A DNA stretch of 64,000 nucleotides from Methanocaldococcus indicus (lineage in GTDB: Archaea > AGJL01 > Methanococci > Methanococcales > Methanocaldococcaceae). Made by a program: the position numbers and the translations under genes. The notes below the pieces were generated by a model. It was not told where the DNA came from. It did no database searches and was given only the letters and a program-made list of their open reading frames with translations. Shown piece after piece: positions 11,322-21,998 of this stretch. Position 1 is the stretch's first letter; every line of letters begins with the position of its first letter. The DNA lies in contig NZ_CP186926.1 of assembly GCF_049554935.1 (NCBI RefSeq), positions 928,001-992,000 of the forward strand. Reading direction: 5' to 3'.

Positions 11322-11777
11322 TTGTTAGTGATGATAGCTGAACTAATTTTAATGAACGAGAAAGATGATGAACTAAAAGATATCTTAAAAGAATACTTAC
11401 AACTAAGGGATGAAATCAGCTATTTGGAGGATATTTTAGATAATTTATATAAGATAAATGTATCAATAAGTGAGATTAAAAGACATAGCAACATTATAAA
11501 AAATATACTTCCTAATATTTCAAAATCTACTGATATTCCTGATTATCATAATATTGTTAATTTTATTGATTGTATTGATAAGTATAATTTTAAAAATTTT
11601 GAGGAACATATAATTAAACTAAGTGGAGAAATAGAATCTTTAAAAGATAAATTTAAAAAGAAAGAAAAAGAATTAGAAAATATATTATTAAAAAAATCTA
11701 TAAGAGATATTGGAACTGGAAATTTAGAGAAATACTTTGAGTATCTTAAAAGACATAGAGATAATTATCAGGTTTAA
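11322..11777 (+). CDS. hypothetical coiled-coil protein
   Basis: 151-aa ORF directly after arcS with host-like codon usage; start uncertain. Confidence 0.6.
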   Translation: MLVMIAELILMNEKDDELKDILKEYLQLRDEISYLEDILDNLYKINVSISEIKRHSNIIKNILPNISKSTDIPDYHNIVNFIDCIDKYNFKNFEEHIIKLSGEIESLKDKFKKKEKELENILLKKSIRDIGTGNLEKYFEYLKRHRDNYQV

Positions 11778-11941
11778 GTATATAGTCATACTATTTTAAA
11801 TCTATGTCCTTAACTTATGCTAATATATATAATTTTTTGTATTAATGAGTATTTATATATTCATAATAGTAGATTATATGTTAAAATTATTATATTAGAT
11901 TAAAACTTATTTTATCTAATTAAAAAATAAAAGTGAGAGTT

Positions 11942-14227
11942 ATGATAACTAAATGTCCTATATGTGATGGTACTGGAAAGAAGATAGTTGGTTATAAAAC
12001 ATGTCCTGTATGTGAGGGGACAGGGTATATTGATGAATTTTCACCAAAGAAACACATGAAGAGAGTTTCTAAGAGAGCTACTTATGATTTAGATTATGGT
12101 GAAATTCCATGTCCTAAATGTAAAGGAGAAGGAAAAATTCCAATATATGGAAAATGTGATTTTTGTGGAGGTAGTGGTAAGGTAGTTAAATGTGATAGAT
12201 GTGGTGCTATAATAGGTAAATATCCTGATTTTAAAGATAGAACTTTATGTGATAAATGTTTAAAAGAAGAAGAAGAAAGAAAAAAAGGTTTAAGAAATGT
12301 TTATATCTTTGATGAAGTAGCCACTTTCCATGATGTTGAGCCAGGAAAATTCTATAAAGGGGTTGTAACAAGAATAGAAAAATATGGAGCATTTATTAAT
12401 TTAAATGAAAAAGTTAGAGGATTGCTAAGACCAAGAGATATGGTCAGTTTGAGGTTGGAGAATTTAAAAGTTGGAGATAAGATAATAGTTCAAGCTATTG
12501 ATGTTAGACCAGATAAGAGAGAGATAGATTTTAGATATATTCCTCTATCTACCTATGACTTAGTTCAGTATGAGAAAGAGGTAGAACTATACAAGATTAA
12601 GGATATTGTTGAGAAGTTAGTAGAGATGAGAGACCAAGTAGTTAGAGTTATTGGTGAAGTTGTCCAAATAGTTCAAACACCTGGTCCTACAATATTCACT
12701 ATAACAGATGGAACTGACTTTACATGGGTAGCTGCTTTGGAAATAGCAGGATTAAGAGCTCATCCAGAGGTTAAAGTTGGAGATATTATTGAAGTTGTAG
12801 GTAGAGTAAATATAAGAGATGGAAGATTACAAATTGAAAGATTAAAGCTTAAAAAATTAGAAGGAGAAGAAGCTGAAAGAATTAAAAAAGAGATAGAGAA
12901 AGAAATAGATAAAAGAGCTGAGCCATACAATGTAGAGTTTTTAGTTAAAAGTGAAGTATTAGAGAAGTTAAGACCTAAAATGTTAGATGTGGCTAAGAGA
13001 ATAAGAAAAGCTGTTTTAGATGGAAGACCTATAATTATTAGGCATCATGCAGATACTGATGGATATTCAGGAGGATTAGCATTAGAAAAAGCTATTCTTC
13101 CAATTATTGATAAATTTGCAATTGATGTAGATGCTATATGGCACTTCTTTAAAAGAAGACCTTCAAAAGCTCCATTTTATGAGTTAGAAGATGTAACAAA
13201 AGATTTAGTATTTTCCATAGAAGATTCTTTAAAATTTGGGCAAAAACTTCCTTTAATAGTTCTTATAGATAATGGAAGTACTGATGAAGATATTCCAGCA
13301 ATTTCAAAAGCAAAGGCATATGGTATTGAAGTTATTGTTATAGACCACCACTATCCTGGAGAAGTTAAAGATGGAAAAGCTGAGATAGACGATTATGTTG
13401 ATGCACATGTTAATCCTTATTTAGTTGGTGGAGATAGCAATTTAACAGCAGGGGTTTTAGGGACAGAAATAGCAAGAATGATAAATAAAGATGTTGAAGA
13501 AGAAATAAAGCATCTTCCAGGAATTGCTGTTGTTGCAGACCATGCAAAAGGAGAAGAAGTAGAGAACTATATAAAAATTGCCTTAGATAGATTAACAGAA
13601 CTAAGTCAAAAGTATGGTAAAAAAAGAAAATATACAAGAGAGTATTTAGAAAAAATTGGATTGTGTATGGATTTTGAGGCATTCTATTTAAGATTTATGG
13701 ATGGTAAGGGAATAGTTGATGATATCTTAGCAACTAATATAAAGGACTTTGGAAGACATGAGGATTTAATTGAGATTTTATATGAGCAAGCTATGAAGAT
13801 GGTAGAAAGACAAATGAAAGCTGTTATTCCAGCTTTAAAAACAAGAGAATTAGAAAATAAAATTATTCTTAATACTTTGGATGTCGAAAAGTATGCACAT
13901 AAATTTACCTTCCCTCCTCCAGGAAAAACAACTGGATTTGCTCATGATTATATAGTCCAAAAATATGGAGAGGATAAGCCAATATTAACTCTATCTTATG
14001 GGCCTGATTTTGCTGTTGTCAGAGCAACTGATGCAGTTCATGAAAAATACAACTTCAATCTAAATCTAATAGTTGAACAACTTATGGAAGAAATTCCAGA
14101 GGCTTCTATTGATGGAGGAGGACATGAATGTGCAGGTAGCTTAAAGTTTGTTGAAGGGTATAGAGATAGAGTAATTAACAGATTTATAGAGATTATTGAA
14201 AAATTAACTCCAAAAGTAGATTTATAA
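11942..14227 (+). CDS. RecJ-like DHH phosphoesterase with DnaJ-type Zn finger, S1 and OB domains
   Basis: CxxCxGxG repeats, S1 (GVVTRIEKYGAFINL), HHADTDG, DNGS, DHH and GGGH motifs. Confidence 0.9.
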   Translation: MITKCPICDGTGKKIVGYKTCPVCEGTGYIDEFSPKKHMKRVSKRATYDLDYGEIPCPKCKGEGKIPIYGKCDFCGGSGKVVKCDRCGAIIGKYPDFKDRTLCDKCLKEEEERKKGLRNVYIFDEVATFHDVEPGKFYKGVVTRIEKYGAFINLNEKVRGLLRPRDMVSLRLENLKVGDKIIVQAIDVRPDKREIDFRYIPLSTYDLVQYEKEVELYKIKDIVEKLVEMRDQVVRVIGEVVQIVQTPGPTIFTITDGTDFTWVAALEIAGLRAHPEVKVGDIIEVVGRVNIRDGRLQIERLKLKKLEGEEAERIKKEIEKEIDKRAEPYNVEFLVKSEVLEKLRPKMLDVAKRIRKAVLDGRPIIIRHHADTDGYSGGLALEKAILPIIDKFAIDVDAIWHFFKRRPSKAPFYELEDVTKDLVFSIEDSLKFGQKLPLIVLIDNGSTDEDIPAISKAKAYGIEVIVIDHHYPGEVKDGKAEIDDYVDAHVNPYLVGGDSNLTAGVLGTEIARMINKDVEEEIKHLPGIAVVADHAKGEEVENYIKIALDRLTELSQKYGKKRKYTREYLEKIGLCMDFEAFYLRFMDGKGIVDDILATNIKDFGRHEDLIEILYEQAMKMVERQMKAVIPALKTRELENKIILNTLDVEKYAHKFTFPPPGKTTGFAHDYIVQKYGEDKPILTLSYGPDFAVVRATDAVHEKYNFNLNLIVEQLMEEIPEASIDGGGHECAGSLKFVEGYRDRVINRFIEIIEKLTPKVDL

Positions 14228-14551
14228 TTTATCCTTAATTTTAAGTAAGATATAAATAGCTTCTCCAATTTCTTTAATTCTACTAACTTCATCCTCTTTT
14301 TCCAACTTATCAATTAAATATATTATTTTATTATTAATTATTCTATTCATATTATTAGATAGTTCTATATTATCATATTTTTTAAGTTTAATATCTTTAT
14401 TTGTGGATTTTTTACTTATACTTTCACAAACTACACAGTAAATTCTACCATTCTTCTCTAATAGAGGATATCCACACTTTTCACAGTGTTTTGATAGCAT
14501 CTTAGCTCCTTTTAATAACTCTTTTGAGATTAGTTTCATCTCTTCATTCAT
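14222..14551 (-). CDS. UPF0148 / autoantigen p27-family Zn-ribbon protein
   Basis: LLKGAKMLSKHCEKCGYPL...YCVVC signature. Confidence 0.85.
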   Translation of the reverse strand: MNEEMKLISKELLKGAKMLSKHCEKCGYPLLEKNGRIYCVVCESISKKSTNKDIKLKKYDNIELSNNMNRIINNKIIYLIDKLEKEDEVSRIKEIGEAIYILLKIKDKL

Positions 14552-14708
14552 AATATCACCAATAATCATAATAAATAGTAATAATAAAGAACATTTTTGA
14601 ACATATTTGAAAAATTACTCCCTTATATTTATTTTTTTAAAGTCAATGAAAATATAAATCTTTTTTAATAAAGTTATAGATATAACCAGGATTATTGAGG
14701 TGTCTATT

Positions 14709-15917
14709 ATGGAAATTAGCCCAACAACAAGACATGAAGGGCATGGTAAATTAATTTTAGATGTTGATGATGATGGAATAGTAAAAAAAGCTTATTTTAT
14801 AAATACTACACCTGTAAGAGGATTTGAGACAATAGTTAAAGGTAAGCCAGTAGAATTTGCACCTATTGCCGTTATGAGAATCTGTGGAATTTGTCAAACA
14901 ACTCATGCAATAGCAAGCTGTGAAGCTATTGAGCATGCATTAGATATTGAAGTTCCAGAAGATGGTTTATTGTTAAGAGAATTAGTAGGATTAGGAAATA
15001 GAATGCATTCACATCCATTACACCACTTCTTAACATTTGATGACTTTGTTAAGAGTGATGAAGAAAAAATAGAATTAATAAAATTAGTCCAAAAGATGAG
15101 AAGAGTTGCTCAGTTAATTGTTGATGTTGTAGGAGGAGAAGGAATACATCCTCCAAATATAGTAGTTGGAGGAATGAAAGAAAATATAACTGAAAGAGCA
15201 AAATCTAAAATCTACTATGCATTAAAAGAATTTGAAAAAGATGCTTATACTATTTATGAGAAATATGTTGAAATGATAGAGAACTATTTAGAAGAAATTG
15301 GAATTCCTGACTTAGGAGCTCATAATTATCCATATATTGCAACTCACACAACTTATGGAGACAGATATGCAATAGATTGGAACAATGTTGTTGAGATTCC
15401 TCCACAAAGATACTATGAAGATAAAAAAATAGCTCTTCAAACATCTGTAAATATCCCATTATATAATGGAGTTCCATGTGAAGGAGGACCAAGAGCAAGA
15501 TTAGCTAAATTTGCCAACTTTAAAGTTGGTGGTAGTGCTTTAGATATTAACATAGCAAGAGCAAAAGAGAACTTAGGGGCAGTTTATAGAGCATTTGAGA
15601 TTTTAGATGAATTAAACATTTATGGAAAAACAAGAGCAGAATATGACTACAAAGATGGGTTTGGAATAGGTGTTCATGAAGCTCCAAGAGCAACTAACAC
15701 ACATATGGTAGAAGTAGGTAAAGATGGAAAAGTTAAAAGCTACAACATCATAGCTGCTTCAACATGGAACTTCCCAATAGTTGAGAAAGCAATTGAAGGT
15801 TATCCTCATCAATATGCAGAAGTAATTCTAAGAGCTTATGATATATGAGCTTCATGTGCAACCCACATAATAGTTAAAGAAGATAATAGAGTTATAGAGA
15901 AAAGAGAGTTCTTATAA
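14709..15917 (+). CDS. fruA: F420-reducing [NiFeSe] hydrogenase alpha subunit (selenoprotein; UGA at 15846-15848 = Sec)
   Basis: RICGIC L1 motif. The ORF track stops at RAYDI*, but the frame continues [23 protein letters not shown] to TAA at 15915-15917, completing the L2 motif DxUxxCxxH. SECIS directly downstream; GAGGTG SD before ATG 14709. Confidence 0.95.
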
Positions 15918-15918
15918 G

Positions 15919-15954
15919 TCCCAAAGGGGAACCCTATATAGGGACCCTTTGGGA
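15919..15954 (+). promoter_or_regulatory. archaeal SECIS element of fruA (3' UTR)
   Basis: TCCCAAAGGG-GAA-CCCTATATAGGG-A-CCCTTTGGGA: 10-bp lower stem, GAA/A internal loop, C-G upper stem. Confidence 0.95.
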
Positions 15955-15975
15955 AAAACCTTTTGGAGGAAAAAG

Positions 15976-16467
15976 ATGATTCCTGACTATCTTAACAAAG
16001 AAATTTTAATTCTTGGATGTGGAAACTTATTATTTGGTGATGATGGATTTGGATATTTTGTAGTGGAGAAATTAAATAAAATTCTTTCTGAGAAGGAAAA
16101 AGAGAATATCTCTATATTAGATGTTGGTACTGGGGCTGGAAGTATTTTAACACTCTTAGACAAAGATACCAAAGTAAAAAAGATTATTGTTGTAGATGTT
16201 ATAGATTATGGACTAAAACCTGGAGAAATAAAAGTTTTAGATGTAAATGATTTGCCAGATATTGAATATGACAGAACAGATGCACACGGTTGGAAACTAT
16301 CATCAATATTGAAAGATATTCATGCAACATTAGGAATAGAGATTAAAGTTATTGGCTGTCAAGCTAAATACATTCCTGCCCCAGATGTTAAAATAGGATT
16401 AAGTGAAGAAGTTGAAAAAGCTGTTGATAAAGCTGTTGAGATAATACTCAAAGAATTAGGTGATTGA
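15976..16467 (+). CDS. fruD: hydrogenase maturation protease FruD/FrhD
   Basis: [32 protein letters not shown] before ATG 15976; the track's start lies inside the SECIS. Confidence 0.92.
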   Translation: MIPDYLNKEILILGCGNLLFGDDGFGYFVVEKLNKILSEKEKENISILDVGTGAGSILTLLDKDTKVKKIIVVDVIDYGLKPGEIKVLDVNDLPDIEYDRTDAHGWKLSSILKDIHATLGIEIKVIGCQAKYIPAPDVKIGLSEEVEKAVDKAVEIILKELGD

Positions 16468-16468
16468 T

Positions 16469-17152
16469 ATGGTTAAGGTAGTTTATCTACAATTATCAAG
16501 TTGTTGTGGATGTTTAATATCCTTAACAGATACTTATGAGAAGTTATTAGATGTTTTAGGAAAGATAGAGCTAATATACTGTCAGACAATAATGGATGAA
16601 AGAGAAATTAAAGAGTGTGATATAGCATTAGTTGAGGGTAGTGTTTGTTTAGAAGACCATCATTCAGTTGAATTAGCAAAAGAAATAAGAGAAAAAGCTA
16701 AGATAGTTGTTGCCTTAGGAGCTTGTGCAGCTTTTGGTGGAGTAACAAGATTCTGTAAAGGTAATCAACCACCTAAGCCAGTCCATACATCATTTTTACC
16801 ATTATCAAGAGTTATAAAAGTAGATTTAGCTATTCCAGGTTGTCCTCCATCACCAGAGCAAATAGTAAGAGTTATTGAGGCAGCATTATCAGGAGATACT
16901 GTTTATTTAGAGCCATTTGTAGAGTTAGCTAAAAATCCAGAAGTATGTGGATGTGATTTAATAACAAAGGTAGTAAATAAAGCTAAATGTATGGGCTGTG
17001 GAACTTGTTCTGCTGCATGTCCTACAAGAGCTATTGAAATGATAGATGGAAAACCAGTTGTAACCACATCATTGTGTATAAAATGTGGAGTTTGTTCATT
17101 CCAGTGTCCAAGAATTAAGTTTCCAGATTTCTTAAATGAAATAGAGGGATAA
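16469..17152 (+). CDS. fruG: F420-reducing hydrogenase gamma subunit
   Basis: [19 protein letters not shown], two ferredoxin motifs. Confidence 0.93.
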   Translation: MVKVVYLQLSSCCGCLISLTDTYEKLLDVLGKIELIYCQTIMDEREIKECDIALVEGSVCLEDHHSVELAKEIREKAKIVVALGACAAFGGVTRFCKGNQPPKPVHTSFLPLSRVIKVDLAIPGCPPSPEQIVRVIEAALSGDTVYLEPFVELAKNPEVCGCDLITKVVNKAKCMGCGTCSAACPTRAIEMIDGKPVVTTSLCIKCGVCSFQCPRIKFPDFLNEIEG

Positions 17153-17154
17153 AT

Positions 17155-17994
17155 ATGGAAGTATTAGGAAAATATAGAAAGATAATATCAGCTAAATCAA
17201 CACTTCCAGAAGTTTTAAAAAGAGCTCAAGATGGAGGAATAGTATCAACAGTATTTATTTATGGTTTAGAGAACAATATATTAGATGGAGTTATTGTATC
17301 TAAGAATTATGATGAATTCTATCCAATCCCAGATGTAGCCACAACTCCTGAAGAGGTTTTAGAAGCTGCTGGAACAAAATATTCAATATCTCCGAATATA
17401 TCAGTTTTAAAAAAAGCTGCAAGAGTGTATGGATGTGAAAAAATAGGAGTTGTTGGAACTCCATGTCAAATAAGAGCTACAAGAAAACTAATGGCATATC
17501 CAGCAGGATTTAGACATATATCTGATAAAATTGCTTTATTGATTGGTATATTCTGTATGGAAAACTTCCCTTATGAAGGTTTAAGAATAATTGTTGAAGA
17601 GTTATGTGGAGTTAAAATGGAAGATGTTGTTAAGTTAGATATAGGAAAAGGTAAGTTTTGGGTATATACAAAATGGGGAGAAACAAAAGCAATAAAATTA
17701 AAAGAAACTCATGCTTATGAGTCATCTGCATGTCATGTCTGTACAGATTATACAGCAGAATTAGCAGATATTTCAACAGGTTCAGTTGGAAGTCCAGATG
17801 GATGGAGTACTGTAATTATAAGAACAGAAAAAGGAGAAGAAATTATAAATAGTATGATAGAACAAGGTTATCTAAAAGTTAAACCAATTGAAGAAGTTAA
17901 GCCAGGAATAGGATTAGTAGAGAAGTTGGCTAAAACTAAAAAAGAGAAAAATATGAAAGAGATAGAAGAAAGAAAATCATTAGGCATCTTCTAA
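17155..17994 (+). CDS. fruB: F420-reducing hydrogenase beta subunit
   Basis: [44 protein letters not shown]. Confidence 0.95.
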   Translation: MEVLGKYRKIISAKSTLPEVLKRAQDGGIVSTVFIYGLENNILDGVIVSKNYDEFYPIPDVATTPEEVLEAAGTKYSISPNISVLKKAARVYGCEKIGVVGTPCQIRATRKLMAYPAGFRHISDKIALLIGIFCMENFPYEGLRIIVEELCGVKMEDVVKLDIGKGKFWVYTKWGETKAIKLKETHAYESSACHVCTDYTAELADISTGSVGSPDGWSTVIIRTEKGEEIINSMIEQGYLKVKPIEEVKPGIGLVEKLAKTKKEKNMKEIEERKSLGIF

Positions 17995-18020
17995 TAATAA
18001 ACTTTTTTTTGGTTTTTTAT

Positions 18021-18587
18021 ATGTATCCAAAAAGGATAGATATAATTAAAAAAATAGTTGAAAATGTTAAAGATGATATAATTGTCTCAAATATTGGATT
18101 TCCTTCAAAGGAACTGTATAAAATTAAAGACAGAGAAAGAAATTTTTATATGCTTGGTTCCATGGGATTAGCTTCATCTATTGGATTAGGTTTAGCTTTG
18201 AATGTTAAAGATAAAGTTGTTGTTATTGATGGTGATGGCTCTATTCTTATGAACATGGGCAGTTTATCAACTATCTCCTATTTATCTCCAAAAAATCTAA
18301 TTTTGGTTGTTGTTGATAACTCAGCCTATGGCTCAACAGGAAATCAGAAGACACATACTACTAAAATTGATTTGGAAAAAGTGGCAAGAGGTTTTAATTT
18401 AGATGCAACAACAACAAAAACATTGGAAGAATTTGAAAGAGAATTCAAAAAAGCTTTAAAAGAAGATAAATGTAAAGTTATTATTGCAAAAGCTATCCCA
18501 TACAATGAAAAATGTGAAAATATAAAATTAAGTCCAATAATGATAAAAGAGAGATTTATGGAAGCTATAAAAGATAGTAGTATTTAG
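18021..18587 (+). CDS. comE: sulfopyruvate decarboxylase beta subunit (coenzyme M biosynthesis)
   Basis: NFYMLGSMGLASSIGLG and TPP motif GDGSILMN...DNSAYGSTGNQ. Confidence 0.9.
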   Translation: MYPKRIDIIKKIVENVKDDIIVSNIGFPSKELYKIKDRERNFYMLGSMGLASSIGLGLALNVKDKVVVIDGDGSILMNMGSLSTISYLSPKNLILVVVDNSAYGSTGNQKTHTTKIDLEKVARGFNLDATTTKTLEEFEREFKKALKEDKCKVIIAKAIPYNEKCENIKLSPIMIKERFMEAIKDSSI

Positions 18588-19080
18588 ATAACCAATCAAC
18601 TATTCCTTTTCTTTCTTTTTTATGCTTTATTGCATCTAAGATTTCATCTACAATTTCATCTACTTTTTTGTTTGTTGTATCTATTTCATAAACCTTTCCT
18701 TTACTTTCACATAAACAAACATCTAATAATTCTGCCTGAACATTTTCCATAACTTTCTTCTTATTATAATTTCTTTTTTCTAATCTTTCTTTTATAATTA
18801 AAGGATTACATCTTAAAACAATTGTATAATCTACATCTAAAAGATGAGAAACATGTCCATCTAATATAATAATATCTTCATCTTTAAACTTTTTTAAAAA
18901 ATCTTTTAGTTTTTCAAAATCTATTAAATAACTATCCATATCTTCACAGTACTCTTTATACAGCTTATATTTTTTAACCACTTCAGTTATATCTATATGC
19001 TTAGCTTTTAATTTCTTAGCTAATTCTTTTGATATAGTTGTTTTTCCTACTCCTGGAGTGCCAGTTATTGCTATTATCAT
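18565..19080 (-). CDS. atypical adenylate kinase (AK6/Fap7 family)
   Basis: ITGTPGVGKTT P-loop, DGH motif, RNY.KKKV.EN. Confidence 0.9.
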   Translation of the reverse strand: MIIAITGTPGVGKTTISKELAKKLKAKHIDITEVVKKYKLYKEYCEDMDSYLIDFEKLKDFLKKFKDEDIIILDGHVSHLLDVDYTIVLRCNPLIIKERLEKRNYNKKKVMENVQAELLDVCLCESKGKVYEIDTTNKKVDEIVDEILDAIKHKKERKGIVDWLSKYYYLL

Positions 19081-19541
19081 TATTCAACACATTCAGCGTC
19101 ATTTACAATATTTGATACATACTTATCAATTTCAGCATCTTTATAGGCAAGTATAACATTTTCAGCAATAAATCCTAATTTATATCCTAATATTACCATA
19201 TAGTCCTTAAAATCAATCAATTCTTTTGCTATTGCTTCTTCAGGAGCTTCTTCCAAGTTTATTAAAATTATGTTATATTTATCTACTTTTCTCTTTATTT
19301 CTTCAAAATCTAATGGATGCTTAATTCTTACAACATAGATTTTTGGTGGTATTTTAACTTCTTTAACAACTTCTTTAATTATCTCTTTAGGTTTTTCTTC
19401 TTCAACTTTTTTTATTATTAAAGGTTCTTTGTCTTCCTCAGGAGTAATTTCAATTGTTTCATACTCCTCGCTTTCTACTGGAACTGGTTTAGGAACATCT
19501 TTATTCCCTTTTAAAATTTTTAAGATATTTTTTAAAGCCAT
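19080..19541 (-). CDS. hypothetical protein with a divergent SepF-like C-terminal domain
   Basis: Amphipathic N-terminus, charged linker, and a C-terminal pattern (IYVVRI..PLDFEEI...NIILINL...LIDF..GFIAENVIL) resembling SepF. Confidence 0.55.
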   Translation of the reverse strand: MALKNILKILKGNKDVPKPVPVESEEYETIEITPEEDKEPLIIKKVEEEKPKEIIKEVVKEVKIPPKIYVVRIKHPLDFEEIKRKVDKYNIILINLEEAPEEAIAKELIDFKDYMVILGYKLGFIAENVILAYKDAEIDKYVSNIVNDAECVE

Positions 19542-19545
19542 AATA

Positions 19546-21336
19546 TCACTCCACAGTTACACTTTTAGCTAAACCTCTTGGTTTATCTACATCTCTTTTT
19601 AGTTGGACTGCTTTATAATAAGCTAAGAGTTGGTATGCAGGTGCATAAACTATTGGAGAAATCTCTTCTAAAACATTAGGAACTGTTATATTATCACAAT
19701 CATTTATTTTTATAGGAGTTACTGCAATAACTCTACCATTTCTTGCTCTTACTTCTTCAATATTTGATAATATAGAACTAAAAACTTTTGAATCTTTTGG
19801 AGGAACTATTGCAATAGTGTCAAAATTCTCATCTATTAGTGAGATAGTTCCATGCTTTAACATTCCTGCACTCATACCTTCAGCATGTAAATATGTAATC
19901 TCCTTAAATTTTAAAGCACCTTCTAAGGCACTTACTAAGTTAATACCTTTTGAAATAAATATATAGTTTTGTGCTTTTAAACTTTCTGCTATATTTTTTA
20001 TATGCTCACTTTGATTTAATACCTCTTTTATGTAGTTAGGAATTTTATTTATAACCTGTTCATATTTATTCATATTCCTATCTTTTATTTTTCCATACTC
20101 TAAAAATAATCTATATATTATCATTAATTGAGATGTAAATGTTTTAGTTGCACAGACAGCTATCTCTATTCCTGCCCCCATCAATATAGGGATATCTACA
20201 ATTCTTGTAGCAGTTGAACCAATAACATTAACTATTGCAGCAGTTTTGGCTCCTTTTTCTTTTGCATATTTTAAAGCTTTTAATGTATCATAAGTTTCTC
20301 CACTCTGAGTAATTCCTACAACTAATGTGTCATTATCTACAACACTCTTATTTAAAAATTCAGATGCATCCTCAGCTTTAACTAATTTATTTAATTTAGA
20401 AAACAGATATTCTGCATATAAACAGGCATGATAAGATGTCCCAGCCCCAACAAAATAGACTTTATTAAATTTATCTATTAATTTAGCTACTTCTTTAATT
20501 TCTTCACTTGATATTTTGGCAGATACTTTTATAGTTTCTGGTTGTTCAAAAATTTCTTTAAGCATGAAATGAGGAAATCCTTGCTTTTCTGCTTGTTCAA
20601 TATTCCATTTAATCTCTATTTCTTTTCTTTTAACTATTTTGCCATTGTTTTCAATATAATAACTATTATTTTTTACAACAACTATATCTCCATCTTCTAA
20701 TGGAACTGCTCTATTTGTGTAATCTAAAAAAGCAGTTACATCACTACCTAAGAAAAACTCATTCTCACCAATACCTAAAATAAGAGGACTCTCATATCTT
20801 GCTCCAATCAACAAATTAGGAAAATCTTTGTTAATTATTGATAGAGCATAACTTCCTTTAATCTTCTTTAATGCATTTTTAACAGCTTTTATATAATTCT
20901 CTTCATTGTATTCATCAAACTTATTTAATTCTTCCTCTATTAAATGAGCTATAACCTCTGTATCTGTCTCTGATTTGAATTTATGACCTTTTTTTATTAA
21001 TTCTTCTTTAAGTTCCTTATAGTTTGTTATAATTCCATTATGAACTATTGCTATCCTATCTAAACAATCTGTATGTGGATGTGCATTTTCTTTACTAACC
21101 TTACCATGTGTAGCCCATCTATTATGTCCTATCCCTATATTTCCTTCAATTTCTAAAAATCCTTCTTTTTTAGCAACCTCCTCAACTTTCCCAACATCCT
21201 TCTTAATAATTAACTTATTATTATTTACAACTCCAATACCACAACTATCATAACCTCTATACTCCAATCTTTTTAATCCTCTATATAATACTTCTGAGGC
21301 TTTTCTTTTTCCAATATATCCAATGATACCACACAT
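19546..21336 (-). CDS. glmS: glutamine-fructose-6-phosphate transaminase (no intein)
   Basis: MCGIIG, LEYRGYDS, RWATHG, QSGET, PRGLAKSVTVE. Confidence 0.97.
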   Translation of the reverse strand: MCGIIGYIGKRKASEVLYRGLKRLEYRGYDSCGIGVVNNNKLIIKKDVGKVEEVAKKEGFLEIEGNIGIGHNRWATHGKVSKENAHPHTDCLDRIAIVHNGIITNYKELKEELIKKGHKFKSETDTEVIAHLIEEELNKFDEYNEENYIKAVKNALKKIKGSYALSIINKDFPNLLIGARYESPLILGIGENEFFLGSDVTAFLDYTNRAVPLEDGDIVVVKNNSYYIENNGKIVKRKEIEIKWNIEQAEKQGFPHFMLKEIFEQPETIKVSAKISSEEIKEVAKLIDKFNKVYFVGAGTSYHACLYAEYLFSKLNKLVKAEDASEFLNKSVVDNDTLVVGITQSGETYDTLKALKYAKEKGAKTAAIVNVIGSTATRIVDIPILMGAGIEIAVCATKTFTSQLMIIYRLFLEYGKIKDRNMNKYEQVINKIPNYIKEVLNQSEHIKNIAESLKAQNYIFISKGINLVSALEGALKFKEITYLHAEGMSAGMLKHGTISLIDENFDTIAIVPPKDSKVFSSILSNIEEVRARNGRVIAVTPIKINDCDNITVPNVLEEISPIVYAPAYQLLAYYKAVQLKRDVDKPRGLAKSVTVE

Positions 21337-21395
21337 ATTTATCCCAAATAAAAAAATAGAGTATGATATTGAATTTATAAAATTATTAATGATTG

Positions 21396-21977
21396 TTAAT
21401 ATATAAAATTAAATGAATTAAAATTTTCTTTATTTTTTATGATATATTTTATAACTTTTTCTAAATTCTTTATTAAATCTTCATAATTATCTTCATTCAC
21501 AATCATAAAATCAGCCAGAGCTATTACCTTCCCTATCCCAAAATTCAACTCTCTCTTATCCCTCTCAACAAACTTGTCCCAACTTTTTACATCATCTTCT
21601 CTATCTCTCTCTTTGATTCTATTGAATCTTGTTAATGGGGATGAATGAATAGCTATCAAAACAAGAGGATAATGTTTCCTAAAATAATTTAACTCATCTA
21701 AGCTCCTAATTCCTTCTACAATAACAATATCTTTATTTTTAAATCTTTCTTCAATTGTTCTTAAACAAACAACTGCAATAGCTTCTTTCCCAAATTCTTC
21801 TCTTAACTTTATAGCTGTCTCACCAACATTTTTAGGATTAAGCTCTAAACCTCTTTTTATAGTCTCTTCTCTGACAACATCACCCATTGATATAATTGGA
21901 ATATTAAATTTATTTGCCACTTCAAAAATACCACTTTTTCCAGCCCCTGGCATTCCTGTTATGCCTATTAGAAGCAT
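21396..21977 (-). CDS. UPF0200 P-loop kinase (dephospho-CoA-kinase-like)
   Basis: [26 protein letters not shown] motifs. Confidence 0.8.
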   Translation of the reverse strand: MLLIGITGMPGAGKSGIFEVANKFNIPIISMGDVVREETIKRGLELNPKNVGETAIKLREEFGKEAIAVVCLRTIEERFKNKDIVIVEGIRSLDELNYFRKHYPLVLIAIHSSPLTRFNRIKERDREDDVKSWDKFVERDKRELNFGIGKVIALADFMIVNEDNYEDLIKNLEKVIKYIIKNKENFNSFNFIY

Positions 21978-21998
21978 AATCTCACTAAAAATTAAAAT

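Noticed and set aside
15949-15975. N-terminal extension of fruD in the ORF track
   Set aside because: It starts inside the fruA SECIS; a GGAGG SD supports ATG 15976.
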